From Scyliorhinus canicula (Eukaryota), in contig NC_052173.1 in the NCBI RefSeq assembly GCF_902713615.1, positions 19,383,053-19,447,052 of the forward strand: a stretch of DNA of 64,000 bases. The letters run 5' to 3'. A program made the position numbers and the translations under genes. Shown in pieces: positions 59,831 through 64,000 of this stretch. The notes beneath the pieces are model-generated. The model had not been told where the DNA came from and made no database searches. It saw nothing but the letters and a program-made list of their open reading frames with translations. Numbering within the stretch: position 1 is the stretch's first letter; each line of letters begins with the position of its first letter.

Positions 59831-60794
59831 AAACATTTTGAAAAAAGCGCGTGCAAGCTGAGTTTCTTAATCTTGGAAGATAAGGTTTGCAACCTAATAT
59901 GCAAATTGCAGCATTTACGAGACCATTACTGGACTTCCCTGTTTGAAACGTTTGCAAGCTGAAGCACGGCACCCACTGAGGAGCTTGGAACTTGACTTCT
60001 AACTACGTTCTCTGCCAGCTGAAAGAAGTTGTAACAGGACCACCATACTACAGTGACCGATGTAAGTGGAGAAAATACTGAGCCTGTACCAAGATGGTCT
60101 CCAAAGACAGGCCATTTGGCCCATCCATTCCATTCAATTCTGGGCCAAAAGACAACAGCTACAACCCCGAGCAAGAGGCAATTGTTTGAACTGTTTGAGG
60201 CTGCTTAATTGTTCAAGAATGTATTTTCTCTTCTCCACAAAATAGCATTACAAAATGTAGAGCATGATGTCTTAAATATCTTCAACTAGTAATTTATCCC
60301 ACTGTTTTTTTGATGGAACTTGCTTTGTGCAAATTGGCTGCTGCATTTGCCAACAGGACAGTACTTCATCAATAATTGGTTGACCTGTTGGCATGGTGGT
60401 GCAGTGGTTAGCACTGCTGCCCCACGACGCTGAGGTCCCAGGTTCGATCCCTGCCCCGGGTCACTATCCGTGTGGAGTTTGCACATTCTCCCCGTGTTTG
60501 CGTGGGTCTCACCCCCATAACCCAAAGATGCTGGGTTTTATTGGTCAGAACATTGAATACAGGAGTTGGGACGTCTTATTGAAGTTGTACAAGACATTAG
60601 TAAGACCACACATGGAATACTATGTTCAGTTCTGGTTGCCCTATTATAGGAAGCATATTGTTAAACTAGAAAGAGTACAGAAGAGATTTGTGAGGATGCT
60701 ACGAGGATGTCTGAGTTATAAGGAGAGGCTGGATAGACTGGGACTTTTTTCCCTGGAGCGTAGGAGGCTTAGGGGTGATCGTATAGAGGTCTAT

Positions 60795-61106
60795 GGGCAG
60801 CATGTTAGAACAGTGGTTAGCACTGTTGCTTCACAGCACCAGGGACCTGGGTTTGATTCCCGGCTCAGGTCACTGTCTGTGTGGAGTCTGCACGTTCTCC
60901 CCGCGTCTGTGTGGGTTTCCTCCGGGTGCTCCGGTTTCCTCCCACAAGCCCTGAAAGACGTGCTGTTGGGTGAATTGGACATTCTGAATTCTCCCTCTGT
61001 GACCCGAACAGGCTCCGGAATGTGGCGACTAGGGGCTTTTCACAGTAACTTCATTGCAGTGTTAATGTAAGACTACGTGTAACATGAGTACAGATTATTA
61101 TTATTA
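60795..61106 (+). mobile_element. V-domain SINE with Rex-Babar-like tail, adjoining a CR1 fragment (60530-60794)
   Basis: Same structure as 10658-10986. Confidence 0.85.
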
Positions 61107-61419
61107 AATACCCAGAAGCGTGGGCAGCCTATTGCTTTCTCCATGGCAATGCCTCGACCAATCAGAGTTGACTTACGAACCAATCAACACCCTTTTCTTT
61201 GGTCGTGTAAATTGTTGTGATCATTTGAAATTTGGTATTCTTGTGTTGGTCCTGATCAGTGTGAGACAACAAGCTTTGGCAACCTGTCTACTTTTTCAAG
61301 ACACAAAAGCGTAAAATGTTGGAAACACCCAGCAGGCTGTAGCATCTGCGGCTGGAGAAACGGTTAATATTTCAGATTGAACAGCTTTTGTCAGATTCGT
61401 TGGAGAGGCAATGGTTTTT

Positions 61420-63110
61420 AAACAAGATCGTGGTTGATCTGATTGTAACCTCTAACCCACATTCCTGCCGACCCCCCGATAACCTTTCACCCCCCGCTTT
61501 ATCAAGAGTCTATCGAGCTCTGCCTTAAAGTTATCCAAAGATTCTGCTCCCACTGCCTTTTGAGGAAGAGAGTTCCAGAGACTCACCCCCCCCCCCCCCC
61601 CTCTCGAGAAATGAGCGACTCCTTATTTTTAAACAGTGACCCCTCGTTCTAGATTCTCCCACAAGGAGAAAAAACATCCTCTCCACATCCACCCTGTCAA
61701 TACCCCCCAGCATCTTAAAGGCTTGGATCAAGTCGCCTCTTACTCTTCGATTCCCGGCTGGGTCACTGTCTGTGCGGAGTCTGCACGTTCTCCCCGTGTC
61801 TGCGTGGGTTTCCTCCGGGTGCTCCAGTTTCCTCACACAGTTCAAAGATGTGCAGGTTCGGTGGATTGGCCATGCTAAATTGTCCCTTAGTGTCCAAAAA
61901 GGTTGAGGTGGGGATAGGGGATAGGATGGAGTTGTGGGCTTCGGTTTGGTGCTCTTTCCAAGGGCCGGTGCAGACTCAATGGGCCAAGTGGCCTCCTTCT
62001 GATTGATTGATATTTATTGTCACATGTACCGAAGTACAGTGAAAAGTATTTTTCTGTGGCCAAGGGAACGTACACAGTACATACATAGCAGACAAAAGAA
62101 TAATCAACAGTGTACATTGACAGTGGCCCATCAACAAACAGTGATTGGTTACAGTGCGGAACACGGGGCCAAACCAGAGCAGTATAGGGCGTCATGAATA
62201 GTGTTCTTACAGGGAACAGATCAGTCCGAGGGGGAGTCGTTGATGAGTCTGGTAGCTGTGGGGAAGAAGCTGTTCCGATGTCTGGATGTGCGGGTCTTCA
62301 AACTTCTGTACCTTCTGCCTGATGGGAGGGTCTGGAAGAAGGCAATGCCTGGGTGGGAGGGGTCTCTGATAATGCTGTCTGCCTTCCTGAGGCAGCGGGA
62401 GGTGTAGACAGAATCAATGTGAGGGTGGCAAGCTTGTGTGATGCGTTGGGCTGAGTTCACCACAGTCTGCAGTTTCTGCACTGTAAATTCTATGATTCTA
62501 AACTCCAGAGGATACAAGCCTGTCCAACCTTTCCTCATAAGACAACCTGCCCATTCCAGGTATTAATCTTGGAAACCTTCACTGAATTGATTCCAACACA
62601 GATAAATCTTGCCTTAGATAAGGTGACCGATATTGCACACAGAACGTGAGATGTGGTCTCACTAGTACCCTGTACAACTGAAGTACAATCTCCCTCCTTG
62701 TATATTCAATGCTCCTCCCAATAAATGACAATATTCTATCAGCTTGCCTCTTTACTTGCTGTACCTGTGTCCTAGTCTTTTGATTCACGCACTACGACAC
62801 CCAGGTCCCTCTGTATCTCACAGCTCTGCACTCTCTCGCCATTTAGATAATATATTTCCTTTTTATTCTTCCTGCCAAAGTGGACAATTCCACATTTTCC
62901 CACATTATACTCCATTTGCCATTTCCGTAACCAATCTGTGGGCAGGATTTTACAATCCAGCTGATGGCAATCCCCCACAGTGGGTTCCCCGGCGCTGGGA
63001 TGGGCAAACCAAGCAAAACACCGTAGATATTGGTGGATCCAGACGATTCTGCCAGCAGCCAATGACAAACCGCCTCCGCTGCCTGAAAAGACGCCACGAG
63101 GGGGAGGAGT

Positions 63111-63149
<39 letters not shown>

Positions 63150-63720
63150 GGAAAATCACTGCCCTATATCTTTTTGCAGCTTCCTTGTGTCGTCTCTACT
63201 ATTTACTTTCCTACCTATCTTCGTGTCATCAGCAAATTTGGCAGCATTCCTTTGATACCTTCGGCCAAGTCATTGATATAAATTGTAAACAGTTGAGGTC
63301 CCAGCACTGATCCCTGTGCCACTCCACTCGTTACATCTTGCCAACCTGAAAAAGACCAATTTATGCCTACTCTCTGCTTCTTGCTAGCTGGCCAATCTTC
63401 AATCCATGCCAAAATAGTTAATGTCTAAACCATGATCTTTGATGTCACACTATATCGAATGCCTTCTGGAAATCTAAGTACAGTACATCTACCAGTTTCC
63501 CTTTATCCACAGCACATGTTACCTCCTCAAATAACTCCAGTAAGTTGCTGCAACATGATTTCCCTTTCACAAAACCATGGTGCCTCTGCCTGATTAACTC
63601 CAAGTGCCTTGCTATCGCTTTCTTAATAATAGCTTCTAACAATTTCCCCACAAGAGATGTTACGCTAACACAGTTTCCCGTTTTTTGTCTCCCCTCCTTT
63701 TTGAACAATGGAGTTGCATT
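61420..63720 (-). mobile_element. Degenerate CR1 LINE with nested V-SINE (61748-62000 plus 62474-62500), Rex-Babar fragment (62001-62474) and MITE (62941-63164)
   Basis: Minus-strand 'HHGFVKGKSC', '[10 protein letters not shown]', 'KWQMEYNVGKC', 'LVRPHL'. Confidence 0.8.
62941..63164. mobile_element. MITE-like element with imperfect TIRs (gggcaggattttacaatcc / ggactggaaaatcactgccc); similar elements at ~49870-50085 and ~15407-15507
   Basis: Terminal inverted repeats; interrupts CR1 coding sequence cleanly. Confidence 0.6.
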
Positions 63721-64000
63721 CATGGCTAACCCGAGCTGGGATGGGATTTGAACCCACGCTTTTGGTGTTGCTCTGCATCACAAACCAGCTGTCCAGTCAA
63801 TTGAGCTAACCAACTAGCTTTAACACTCTAGTTAAACATAGCTATCAAATCATACTTATTTGTTTTTTGTGCGTTATCAGTTTATCTGTTTTGTTTCAAA
63901 TGCTGCATGCATTCAGACACAGAGCTTTTAGTTTTATCCTTTTATTATTTTATAATCTTTTGTCTCATCCGCTGATTTACAGTTAGATTTGTACTCTCTA

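Noticed and set aside
61245-61285. Active hammerhead ribozyme
   Set aside because: The core boxes are mutated (CTGATCA, no GAAA); relic only.
1406-61878. Recurrent short ORFs such as 'GHCPCGVCTFSPCLRG' and 'RKPEHPEETHADTGRTC'
   Set aside because: They are translations of V-SINE copies, not a gene family.
63111-63147. Long poly-G/poly-C tracts (also ~46998-47025 and 12340-12590) as functional G-quadruplex elements
   Set aside because: They lie within repeat remnants and homopolymer lengths are error-prone; no independent support.
63715-63812. tRNA gene
   Set aside because: It has A/B-box-like motifs but no clean cloverleaf, and it matches the SINE head at 463.

Overview
Vertebrate genomic DNA, very probably a cartilaginous fish (shark-type V-SINE/HE1-like, CR1 with esterase ORF1, L1/Tx1, RTE, Rex-Babar, Penelope and Deu-domain SINE repeats). 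The + strand carries the last 15 coding exons of the histone H3K4 methyltransferase gene KMT2D (3245-42351). The exons join in phase into 969 codons plus a stop, covering ePHD, FYRN, FYRC, WIN, SET and post-SET, and are followed by a ~2.85 kb 3' UTR with no recognisable repeats. Introns and the downstream region are dense with nested retroelements. Top observations: (1) a young near-full-length CR1 LINE whose AUG-less, intact ORF2 is joined to ORF1 by an in-phase G_GGU_UUA_AAC slippery site just before the ORF1 stop, a candidate -1 programmed ribosomal frameshift; (2) a Penelope-type palindrome in a KMT2D SET-domain intron holding two minimal hammerhead ribozyme motifs, intact antisense and damaged in sense; (3) one V-domain SINE body carrying three different 3' tails matching CR1, Rex-Babar and L1-type ends found in the same window; (4) a ~45 x 42 bp CpG-rich intronic minisatellite open on both strands. 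Repeat boundaries are approximate. Family and orthology calls come from recalled motifs, not database searches.
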